Shown here in pieces: positions 26,903 to 38,036 of a DNA stretch of 64,000 bases. The position numbers and the translations under genes are program-made. Within the stretch, counting starts at the first letter, position 1; each line of letters opens with the position of its first letter. The stretch comes from Octopus vulgaris (Eukaryota), in NCBI GenBank assembly GCA_951406725.2, contig OX597814.1, positions 15,748,001 to 15,812,000 on the forward strand, given 5' to 3'. The notes beneath the pieces are model-generated. The model made no database searches. It had not been told where the DNA came from and saw nothing but the letters and a program-made list of their open reading frames with translations.

Positions 26903-27155
26903 GCATTATTTACATTCAACGGATATTTGTCCTCATCTTGTTTGTTGATAACACAATGTTTCGGCTGATATACCCTTCAGCCTTCTTCAGGTATCTTGGG
27001 GAAATTTCGAACCTGGGTTCTCATTCCTAAGGTATTTTTCGATATTATTATTATTATTATTAGTGTTGTTGTTGTTGATCAGTCACTGCATGGAATCGAA
27101 CTCGGAATCTTGGGGTTAGTAGCCTGCACTCTTAACCACAACGCCATATGTCCAT
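26903..27155 (-). mobile_element. tRNA-headed SINE-like element with a hammerhead-like (Penelope-type) 3' region
   Basis: Minus strand: A-box TGGCGTTGTGG, B-box GAGTTCGATTCC, an (AAC/AAT)n linker, then GATAC-CTGAAGA-A-GGCTG..CAGCC-GAAA-CATT-GTGTT at 26995-26950. Confidence 0.55.
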
Positions 27156-27182
27156 ATGAAACAAACAGACACACAAACATGT

Positions 27183-27215
<33 letters not shown>

Positions 27216-27869
27216 GGACTGGCTTCTTTCAGTTTCCGTCTACCAAATCCACTCACAAGGCTTTGGTCGGCCCGAAGCTATAGTAGGAGACACTTGCTCA
27301 AGGTGCCACGCAGTGGGACTGAACCCGGAACCATGTGGTTGGTAAGCAAGTTACTTACTACACAGCCACTCCTACGCCTATTGTTTATTTTTCACAAGTA
27401 ATTAAAACATATAAGCAGCAGGAATTTCAACCATGTTTCGTGGTCTGCTACAACAGCTCCTTTGTAGGTTCCAGTTAGCTCAAAACATCATCAGGATGAA
27501 TCACGTCCGGTTTCGGCCCCTACTCCTCATTTCATTGGAACTATTATCAGAAAAAAAAAAACATGAAAGAGCTAAGGTAGAGAGGTGAACTACATCAATT
27601 ACAGTATTTAGCCTGTTGTTTTAATGCCAATGAAGGTTAATTTCTTTTCTTTCCTCTGAGGGCATATACTTCACCATCAGAAAATTGTCCCAGTTATATA
27701 ATGTAGTGAATGCAAGTCAACTACCGATGTCTGTAGCTCCTGTCATACATCATTTCTTTCTACCTTGTTTCTTGCTATACTTCAGCCATCCTTTCTCTTA
27801 CTATCTTTCATAGCTCTACCTAGAACCATTGACAACTCCTTTGCCATTATAGTGGCCCTTTAGGCCCCT

Positions 27870-29110
27870 CATCATCATCATTTAACGTCCGTTCTCCATG
27901 CTAGCATGGGTTGGACGGTTCGACCGGGGATCTGGGAAGCCAGAAGGCTGCACCAGGCTCCAGTCTGATCTGGCAGTGTTTCTACAGCTGGATGCCCTTC
28001 CTAACGCCAACCACTCCGTGAGTGTAGTGGGTGCTTTTTACGTGCCAGGCGAGGCTGGCAACGGCCTCGATCGGAATGGTGCTTTTTACGTGCCACCGGC
28101 ACGGAAGCCAGTCAAGGCGGCGCTGGCATCGGCCACGTTCGGATGGTGCTTTTTACGTACCACCGGCACGGGAGCCAGTCTAGGCGGCGCTGGCATTGGC
28201 CACGTTCGGATGGTGCTTTTTACGCGCCACCGGCACAGGGATCACAACTGCAGTTTCCATTGATCTTTGATGTTGGTGTCCTTGACTCAATGGATCTCCT
28301 CAAGCATAGGGTGAAAACGGTGTTTCTTTACTTGCCACCTGCACAGGAGTCAGTCCAGCGGCCCTGGCAACTGCCGGGTACCAGTCATAGGATTGGTTCA
28401 ATTTCGAATTCGACTTCGCTTGCCTCAACAGGTCTTCGTATGTCCAAGTGGGCTGGCTACATCCCTGGCAAGGGACACGGGATGGACTCACTTGTCCTGC
28501 CAGGTCTTCTCGCGCATAGCATATTTCCAAAGGTCTCGGTCACTAGTCATTGCCTCGGTGAGGGCTAAAGTTCGAAGGTCGTGCTTCACCACCTCGTCCC
28601 AGGTTTTCCTGGGTCTACCTCTTCTACGAGTTCCCTCAACTGCTAGGGATTGGCACTTCTTCACACACCTATCTTCATCCGTTCTCGCCACATGACCATA
28701 CCATCGCAATAGTCTCTCTTGCACACCACAGCTGATGCTTCTTAGGTCCAACTTGTCTCTCAAGGTACTTACACTCTGTCGAGTATGTACACTGACATTA
28801 CACATCCATCGGAGCATACTGGCTTCATTCCTCATGAGCTTACGCATGTCCTCAGCAGTCACAGCCCATGTTTCACTGCCATGTAGCATGGCTGTTCGTA
28901 CACATGCATCATACAGTCTGCCTTTTACTCTGAGCGAGAGGCCTTTAGTCACCAGTAGAGGTAAGAGCTCCCTGAACTTTGCCCAGGCTATTCTTACTCT
29001 AGCAGTTACACTTTCAGCACACCCACCCCTGCTACTGACTTGGTCACCTAAGTAACGGAAGCTATCAACTACTTCTAGTTTTTCTCCCTGGAAAGTGACG
29101 GAAGTTGGTG
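27870..29110 (-). mobile_element. 5'-truncated RTE-clade LINE with 3' UTR ending in (GAT)n
   Basis: ORF 28488-28952 reads KGLSLRVKGRLYDACVRTAMLHGSETWAVT...LRWYGHVAR...RRRGRPRKTW (RTE C-terminus). The 3' UTR with ~50-bp subrepeats recurs as a free repeat at ~26300-26615, 33760-34230, 35330-35590, 36780-37355, 39557-39870, 43160-43540, 44420-44695, 46727-47000, 49530-49780, 55335-55890 and 59316-59782. Confidence 0.9.
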
Positions 29111-29949
29111 ATTCTCACTAGTGCTAGTGCCATGTAAAAAGTACCCAGAACTCTCTATAATGTGGTTAACATTAGGAAGGGCATCCGGCTGTAGAAATCA
29201 AGCCAAAACAGACACTAGAATGATTCAGTTTTCCAACTCATATCAAACTGCCCAATCCATACCAGCATGGAGGTTGGACATTAAATGGCAATGACGATGA
29301 CATCGAACACTGCTGATAAACTGAATAGATAAGATGATCATAACTGAAACACAATTTGATGATAAAGTCACCTTGATCCAAACTGACCTGGAGCTATACA
29401 GCTCATTCACAAGGCAATGAGTCTACTTACCTATAGCTGGATCTCAGGTGTATTCTCATAGAGGTTCATGATTTTAGTACTACAACACAACACAATACTT
29501 ATTTAGTCCTTAGTCTATCCTGATCAACTAAACTCCAGCCCTGACCATCCCATTGACTAACCTATAGACTTGCTTCCTTCTAAGGTATAACTTGAAGGAG
29601 ATTTAACTACTGTTTCTAATTGGTCAAGCAAATGCATAGAGACTCCTTTGTTGAATACAAAAATACAAAGTCAATGCATTCTGAGCAAACCCTAATCAAT
29701 TTTCAAACCTTATTGGGTTATCATCAGGGGTGTGTACTTCAACTTGACCAGTCCCTGAATATCCAGTCAATGTATAAGGTAAAAGATAACTAGATGATTC
29801 CAGTTGTCCAAAGAATGCAGCTAATTACAACTTTTTATGAAAGTGGTTGAGTATTCCACAGACATATGCATAATGTAATCATGAGGTAGATTCTGTGTAA
29901 CACATTCTGTGACAAGACTAGTTCTTTGAATCATATGAGGATCAATCAG

Positions 29950-30330
29950 GAGGCGCAATGGCCCAGTGGTTAGGGCAGCGGACTCGCGGTCATAGGATCG
30001 CGGTTTCGATTCCCAGACCGGGCGTTGTGAGTGTTTATTGAGCGAAAACACCTAGAGCTCCGCGAGGCTCCGGCGGGGGATGGTGGTGATCCCTGCTGTA
30101 CTCTTTCACCACAACTTTCTCTCACTCTTACTTCCTGTTTCTGTTGTACCTGTATTTCAAAGGGCCGGTCTTGTCACTCTCTGTGTCACGCTGAATATCC
30201 CCGAGAACTACGTTTAGGGTGCACGTGTCTGTGGAGTGCTCAGCCACTTACACGTTAATTTCACGAACAGGCTGTTCCATTGATTCGCATCAACCGGAAC
30301 CCTCGTCGTCGTAACCGACGGAGTGCTTCC
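29950..30330 (+). mobile_element. tRNA-derived SINE family D with 15-bp TSD (second copy ~48540-48918, -)
   Basis: Head GAGGCGCAATGGCCCAGTGGTTAGGGCAGCGGACTCGCGG...GTTTCGATTCC; TSD ATGAGGATCAATCAG at 29935-29949 and 30331-30345. Confidence 0.9.
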
Positions 30331-30396
30331 ATGAGGATCAATCAGAAGGTAATGCAAGTTTTAATTTTGCCTTCGTTTTTGACTCAACCCTGTGTA

Positions 30397-30460
30397 TATG
30401 AGGGGTGAGTCAAAAAGCAATGCAAATAGAAATTGCATTACTTTCTGACTCACCCTCATA
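30397..30460. mobile_element. Mariner-type micro-MITE (two ~28-bp TIRs, 7-bp spacer)
   Basis: TATGAGGGGTGAGTCAAAAAGCAATGCAA-ATAGAAA-TTGCATTACTTTCTGACTCACCCTCATA. Confidence 0.6.
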
Positions 30461-30532
30461 GTTACAATCCATTCAACAGATTTCCACATTAACTCACTCA
30501 ACCCAATACTGTGACAATATTCTTACATAAAG

Positions 30533-31586
30533 TAAGGCAGCGAGCTGGCAGACACGTTAGCATGCAGGGCGAAATGCTGAGCAGTATTTCATCTGTCTTT
30601 ACGTTCTGCATTCAAATTCCGCCAAGGTCGACTTTGCCTTTCATCCTTTCGGGGTCGAATAAGTACCAGTTACGCACTGGGGTTGATGTAATCAACTTAA
30701 TACCTATGTCTGTCTTTGTTTGTCCCCTCTATGTTTAGCCCCTTGTGGGTAATAAAGAAATAGGTATTTCATCTGTCTTTTCGTTCTGAGTTCAAATTCT
30801 GCCAAGGTCGACTTTGCCTTTCATCCTTTTGGGGTTGAATAAGTACCAGTTACGCACTGGGTTGATGTAATCAACTTAATACCTATGTTTGTCTTTGTTT
30901 GTCCCCTCTATGTTTAGCCCCTTGTGGGTAATAAAGAAATAGGTATTTCATCTGTCTTTTCGTTCTGAGTTCAAATTCTGCCGAGGTCGACTTTGCCTTT
31001 CATCCTTTCGGGGTCGAATAAGTACCAGTTACGCACTGGGGTTGATGTAATCAACTTAATACCTATGTTTGTCTTTGTTTGTCCCCTCTATGTTTAGCCC
31101 CTTGTGGGTAATAAAGAAATAGGTATTTCATCTGTCTTTTCGTTCTGAGTTCAAATTATACCAAGGTCGACTTTGCCTTTCATCCTTTTGGGGTTGAATA
31201 AGTACCAGTTACGCACTGGGGTTGATGTAATCAACTTAATACCTATGTCTGACTTTGTTTGTCCCCTCTAATGTTTAGCCCCTTGTGGGTAATAAAGAAA
31301 TAGGTATTTCATCTGTCTTTATGTTCTGAGTTCGAATTCTGCCGAGGTCGACTTTGCCTTTCATCCTTTCGGGGTTGATTAAATAAGTACAAGTTATGCA
31401 CTGAGGTCAATGTAATCGACTTAATCCATTTGTCCCCTCTGTGTGTAGCCCCTTGTGGGCAGTAAAGAAATAAGAAACGTCAGCACACCAGGCGAAATGC
31501 TTAGCCGTATTTCGTCTGTCTTTACGTTCTGAGTTCAAATTCCGCCGAGGTCGACTTTGCATTTCATCCTTTCAAGGTCAATAAAT
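30533..31586 (+). mobile_element. SINE family B multimer (about six ~180-bp units)
   Basis: Units start at ~30583, 30763, 30942, 31122, 31303 and ~31507. Confidence 0.85.
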
Positions 31587-32293
31587 TAAGTACCAGTTGC
31601 ATAATGGGGTTGATCTAATTGACTGGCCCCCTCCCCAAAAATTTCGGGCCTTGTGCCTAGAGTAGAAAAGAATATTCTTACATAAAGTAAGTACCAGTTG
31701 CATAATGGGGTTGATCTAATTGACTGGCCCCCTCCCCCAAAATTTCGGGCCTTGTGCCTAGAGTAGAAAAGAATATTCTTACATAAAGTAAGTACCAGTT
31801 GCATAATGGGGTTGATCTAATTGACTGGCCCCCTCCCCAACAATTTCGGGCCTTGTGCCTAGAGTAGAAAAGAATATTCTTACATAAAGTAAGTACCAGT
31901 TGCATAATGGGGTTGATCTAATTGACTGGCCCCCTCCCCAAAAATTTCGGGCCTTGTGCCTAGAGTAGAAAAGAATATTCTTACATAAAGTAAGTACCAG
32001 TTGCATAATGGGGTTGATCTAATTGACTGGCCCCCTCCCCCAAAATTTCGGGCCTTGTGCCTAGAGTAGAAAAGAATATTCTTACATAAAGTAAGTACCA
32101 GTTGCATAATGGGGTTGATCTAATTGACTGGCCCCCTCCCCCAAAATTTCGGGCCTTGTGCCTAGAGTAGAAAAGAATATTCTTACATAAAGTAAGTACC
32201 AGTTGCATAATGGGGTTGATCTAATTGACTGGCCCCCTCCCCCAAAATTTCGGGCCTGGTGCCTAGAGTAGAAAAGAATATTCTTACATAAAG
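31587..32293 (+). repeat. 7 x 101-bp tandem array made of the SINE 3' end plus the insertion TSD
   Basis: Unit TAAGTACCAGTTGCATAATGGGG...GTAGAAAAG-AATATTCTTACATAAAG starts at 31587, 31688, 31789, 31890, 31991, 32092 and 32193. Confidence 0.95.
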
Positions 32294-33173
32294 AAAAATG
32301 TTGTGGATTTGAACCCAAGACTTCATGATTTAAATATGAATTTCTTACCAATTCAGCCTGCCTGCAACATTGTCAATGTATACAAATGCAAATACACATG
32401 AAGAGAATATAGAAGAATATAACACAACAATATTTTCTTTAAAAAATATTAATGTTCATAACATACATTTAAGACAATACAAATGAAATTTTTGATTTTT
32501 ATATTTTTACAGAGACGTAGAATGGTGTGGAATGAAGTAATTTAAATATGATTAAAAGCAGTTATGTGTATGTACATATCGATCCAGCATGATCAGAGAC
32601 CACTGGCTAAAAATAGTAAAATAACACACACACTGAGGAATAGGTAAGGCTGTACAGGTATAGGCTTAATTGTGTAATTAAGAAGTTTGCATCCCAACCA
32701 CACTATTTCTGGTAGCTCCAAGTCAACCAAAGCCTTGATGTGGATTTGGTAGAAATTAAGAGCCTATTGTATGCATACAAATATACATGTCCGTGTGTGT
32801 GTTTCCTTGTCTTAAGATTAAATGCTAGTTGAAAAATGAATGCCACTGCTATATATGCAGTGTCATTCATTTACACAGACATGTCTATCCATGGTGAAGT
32901 ATTTACTTTGCTTGGTTACAGGCGAATCTTAGTGACAGAAACAGCATTCAGCCATTGAAAATCTGCTTCAATATGCTGTCCAACGCATGCAATCATGGAA
33001 AAGTGGACATTAAACTAAAGATCGTGATAATGATAATGATAAATATTACAATTATTATTATTATTATTATTATACTAGTTTCACCTTGTGGTCGATATCA
33101 CTGTTGGGGATATATATACATTGCAGGTGTATAAAAATGTCAATGACTTTCTCGCTTTAAATGTTAATTTTCC

Positions 33174-33545
33174 CTATTCGAAATTACTCAGCAAATCCTC
33201 AAAACTGCCTGAGCAGTTTCTTGGAGGTGGTTTTGCAGGCTGCTTTATGAAGATGCCATGGACAATACCATAGAAAAAGATGATTAAGAACAAAATGATG
33301 AAGTAAGTAATGAAACTGATGTCATAGCAGAGATAGAGTATCAAGTACAGCAGCAACAGTCGAAAGAGGATGTAGTAGCTGGCAAAGAGACGAAGACTTA
33401 TGTGTGGTTTGCTCGACATTGATGTGATGCGTAACTTGTTTGGTGAGTAGAAATCCCGGAGGCACAACGGTGGTTGGATATAAGCTCGCATAACTCGACC
33501 GAGGAAATCTTCACGGTAATACAAATTGTGGATGGTTGTAGAACA
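33174..33545 (-). CDS. SMPD4: SMPD4 (neutral sphingomyelinase 3) last coding exon, C-terminal membrane anchor
   Basis: TTTCAG acceptor; CSTTIHNLYYREDFLGRV...HISLRLFASYYILFRLLLLYLILYL...* resembles the recalled vertebrate SMPD4 C-terminus (SLRFLGSYRTL + hydrophobic tail). Confidence 0.88.
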   Translation of the reverse strand, partial: CSTTIHNLYYREDFLGRVMRAYIQPPLCLRDFYSPNKLRITSMSSKPHISLRLFASYYILFRLLLLYLILYLCYDISFITYFIILFLIIFFYGIVHGIFIKQPAKPPPRNCSGSFEDLLSNFE

Positions 33546-35281
33546 CTGAAATAAAAACCAAACGTAATTATAGTGCAAGAAGAGAAGAGAAAGAATTTTT
33601 TTTTTTTTTTTTTAAACTTTTTGATATATTTGAAAAGTCATAACAACTAGGGATGGAAAGCTTTACAAGGACATGGCTTTCTGAAGTTTCATGGTAGCGA
33701 ATAATTGTTATTACTATTATTATTAATGTACCTTGGATCCCGGAACGTCTCGCTGTGCTTGGAGAGACCTCTTGAGTCAAGTGCATGTACACGAACATCG
33801 AAACAAATATCAATGGAAATAGTAGTTGTGATACCTGTGTCGGTGGCACATAAAAACCACAATCCGAACGTGGCCGATGCCAGCGCCGCCTCGACTGGCT
33901 TCAGTGCCAGTGACACACAAAAAGCACCATCCGAACGTGGCCGTTGCCAGCGCCGCCTTGGCTGGCTTCCGTGCCGGTGGCACGTTAAAAGCACCAACCA
34001 ATCGGGACCGATGCCAGACCCCCCCTGGCACCTGTGCAGGTGGCACGTAAAAAGCACCCACTACACTCGCGGAGTGGTTGGCGTTAGGAAGGGCATCCAG
34101 CTGTAGAAACACTGCCAGATCAGACTGGAGCCTGGTGCAGCCTTCTGGCTTCCCAGATCCCCGGTCGAACCGTCCAACCCATGCTAGCATGGAGAACGGA
34201 CGTTAAATGATGATGATGATGATGATGATGTAGCGAGCAGGCAGAGTTGTTAGCACACAGGGCAGTGCTTAGCAGTATTTTGTCCAGCTTTTATGTTCTG
34301 AGCTGAAGTTCTGAGGAGACTGATTTTGCTTTTCATCATTTGGTGGGGGAACAATAAAATAAGTACCAGTCAAGTACTGGTAGGCACAGGAGAGGCTGTG
34401 TGGTAAGTAGCTCTTGCTTACCAACCACATGGTTCCGGGGTTCAGTCCCACTGCGTGGCACCTTTTAGTCGAGCAGATCGACCTCAGGACTTATTCTTTG
34501 TAAACCTAGTACTTATTCTATCGGTTTCTTTTGCTGAACCACTAAGTTACGGGGACGTAAACACACCAGCATCAGTTGTCAAGCGATGATGGGGGAGGGG
34601 GGACACAGACACACAAACATATACTCACATATACATATATATACATATACGATGGGCTTCTTCCAGTTTACATCTACCAAATCCACTCACAAGGCTTTGG
34701 TCGACCCGAGGCTATAGAAGACACTTTCCCAAGGTGCCACGCTGTGGGACTGAACTCGGCATCATGTGGTTGGTAAGTAAGCTACTTACCACACGGCCAC
34801 TCCTGCGCCTATCTATGTCTATGTCTGAACATGATACATGCCAGGCCTTCCTGACTGGCTCCTGTGCCAGTGGCATGTAAAAAGCACTCACTATACTTTC
34901 GGAGTGGTTGGCGTTAGGAAGGGCTCCCAGCTGTAGAAACATTGCCAGATCATGTTGGATCCTGGTGTGGTCGCTGGCTTTCCAGACCTCAGTCAAACCA
35001 TTCAACCTATCCAGCATGGAAAACGGACGTTAAACGATGATGATAATGATGATTCCATATGGATTTCACAGCTGCAATCAGTCATCCATTCTAATGATGG
35101 CAGCAAACGCAAGTCATCTACAATGTGTGTGGCTATTAGCTGTCAGTGAAATCGATGTGGTTGATATCCATTCTGAACATCATCAGATCAATGCCTGATA
35201 TTTGTTTTTAATAATAACATGTTTAAATATCAAAATTTCTAGGTTAGTTAACACAAATCGGATTATTTGTGCATGTGTGTC

Positions 35282-35334
<53 letters not shown>

Positions 35335-36160
35335 GTGGCACATAAAAGCACCATCCGTTCGTGGCCGTCTTGCCAGCCCTGTCTGGCACCTGTGCGGGTG
35401 GCACGTAAAAAGCACCCACTACACTCACGGAGTGGTTGGCATTAGGAAGGGCATCCAGCCGTAGAAACACTGCCAGATCTGACTGGGCCTGATGAAGCCT
35501 TCCGGCTTCACAGACCCCAGTTGAACCGTCCAACCCATGCTAGCATGGAAAACGGACGCTAAATGATGATGATGATGATGATGATGATATATATATATCT
35601 TTGTACAGTGTTGGTATTAGATGCTGTGGTCCCGACTTATGACTTTACAGTACAATGAAGCTAGTAGGATTCATGACATTCATGAGGTCAAAACAAAACT
35701 GAAAGATAAACAATATAGCTGAAGTAAGGATTCGACACAAAATTACACAATCAGTAGATCAATCATCTCAACTCCATATTGAGTGGATACAACAGTGTCA
35801 CCCACTGATACCAGCAATTTTTTTCATCCCATTCACTCTGCTGGAAAGGAGTGAATAGGTTTGCAATAAGAAAAGGCGGCGAGATGGCAGTATCGTTAGC
35901 GCGCCGGGCGAAATGCGTTGCCGTATTTCGTCTGCCGCTACGTTCTGAGTTCAAATTCCGCCGAGGTCGACTTTGCCTTTCATCCTTTCGGGGTTGATAA
36001 ATTAAGGACCAGTTAAGCACTGGGGTCGATATAATCGACTTAATCCGTTTGTCTGTCCTTGTTTGTCCCCTCTGTGTTTAGCCCCTTGTGGGTAGTAAAT
36101 AAATCATGTTTGCAATAAGTTAGCAATATTCTCTGTACAAATCAAACTGATCAACATTAC

Positions 36161-36289
36161 CTGGTTGTTGATCTGACAGCAAATGTTGTAAAGATTCTGT
36201 ACCAAGAATCCATTCTCAAAACTTCTCACTGGTTGTAGGTCTGGATCACCTTGGTAACTCACGTTGGCTGTACGCAGCCTGTTCATCAG
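36161..36289 (-). CDS. SMPD4: SMPD4 exon (129 nt, phase 0-0)
   Basis: AG/GT; LMNRLRTANVSYQGDPDLQPVRSFENGFLVQNLYNICCQINNQ (conserved YQGDPxLQPxRSxE). Confidence 0.93.
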
Positions 36290-37845
36290 CTAACAATTGA
36301 ACAGATATGCATACACAATTTAGTTCATTGCTTTATTTGTAAGTACAAAAATACATATACTGAAGTTCTTTACAGTATTATCAACATATAAGCATGCAAC
36401 ACGTCTCTGCCATGTAAAAAACAGAGAAATTGAAAAGAAAAATTTTTTTTAAATCATTCATCGTCCACAAAGCAGAAACCTTTAGTGACAATGAAAATTC
36501 AATAAGACTGAATTTTCAGTTCAAGCTTAATTTCTTTCTGCCTCAATTGGAGCTAAATAAAGTTTTGATGTTCTAAGAAGGTAAGTGAAGTAACAAGATT
36601 GATATAATCTGTTACACTCATAGCACAACACAATATATACAACGATATTATGTGAAAAAACAACAGATGCAGATATACAACTCCAACACACTCATGTGCT
36701 TTGTGCACACTCATCAACATACTAGCAATAATAATCAAATCTCCAGCAAATGACACCCTTAAACCTTTAAATAACAAGTATCATCATCATCATTTAACGT
36801 CCGCTTTCCATGCTAGTATGGGTAGGATGATTTGACTGAGGACTGGCGAACCAGATGGCTGCACCAGGCTCCAGTCTGATCTGGCAGAGTTTCTACAGCT
36901 GGATGCCCTTCCTATCGCAAACCACAGTGTTGTGGGTGCTTTTATGTGCTATCGGCACAAGGGCCAGTCTGGCGGTCCTGGCAACGGCCACGCTCAAATG
37001 GTGTCTTTTTACGTGCCACCTGCAGAGGAGTCAGTCCAGCGGCACTAGCAACGACCTTGCTTGAATGTTTTGTTCACGTGCCACTGGCACAAGTGTCAGT
37101 GAGGCGACGCTGGTAACAACCATGGATACATCATCATCATCATCATTTAGCGTCCGTTTTCCATGCTAGCATGGGTTGGACAGTTAAACTGGGGTCTGTG
37201 AAGCCGGAAGGCTTCATCAGGCCCAGTCAGATCTGGCAGTGTTTCCACGGCTGGATGCCCTTCCTAACGCCAACCACTCCGTGAGTGTAGTGGGTGCTTT
37301 TTACGTGCCACCTGCACAGGTGCCAGACAGAGCTGGCAAACGGCCACGAACGGATACATTATACAATATAGTTCTTCATATAGAAAGACAGGATGGTCAT
37401 AGCTGAAATGCTGTCATTTGAAGGTTTTCTCACTTGGGAGAAACATCTCCTACTACAAATCCTTTCTGTCAATATAAAATGACAATCTTTTCTATTGAGA
37501 AGGCAGCTATTACAATCTTCATTTCGTAAAACTTTCAACTCCAAATTCTGAATGGGTATCCTTCGGTTCTCTTGCTAATTTAATCACAGCCAACTTAACA
37601 ATTGTTTGAGGAATAAGTTGAATAAGTAATGACTGATTTATCAAGGTGACAGCTAGGAAGAGAGAAACAGAATATTTTCTCAACCACTCGTATGAATAAA
37701 TTGTAAGTCTAAGGGAGATAACTCACGGACATTGAAATTGGTTTCTATTTCATTTAAGGATACCAAGTTGCCACTACATAGCCGTTCGTCCTGCTAGAAA
37801 TAGAAGCCAACTACACTATTCTACAAATAGAAGTCAAACTACACC

Positions 37846-38036
37846 AGTTGTTCCCAACCCTTTTATTTAAATAAGTTTTCTCGCAGTTCGTAACTCCGAC
37901 TCCGACTCCAAGCCGCAACAATTTGTTATATTTATCCTTATGTATATAAGAGATTTTGAATTTAGTTCACCGACACACACACCCAGTACCATTGCAGACC
38001 GCCAGGGGTCCACAGACCCCATGTTGGGAACCACTG
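37846..38036. mobile_element. Small hAT-like MITE
   Basis: Termini CAGTTGTTCCCAAC ... GTTGGGAACCACTG. Confidence 0.55.

Noticed and set aside
29950-30025. tRNA-like sequences (also ~26037, ~27080-27153, ~3390-3465)
   Set aside because: These are SINE heads: they run on into repeat bodies, several have TSDs, and they lack a proper acceptor stem.
31587-32293. Regular repeat array superficially like CRISPR, with repeated 75-aa ORFs
   Set aside because: No unique spacers; the units are SINE 3' end plus TSD; eukaryotic context with no cas genes.
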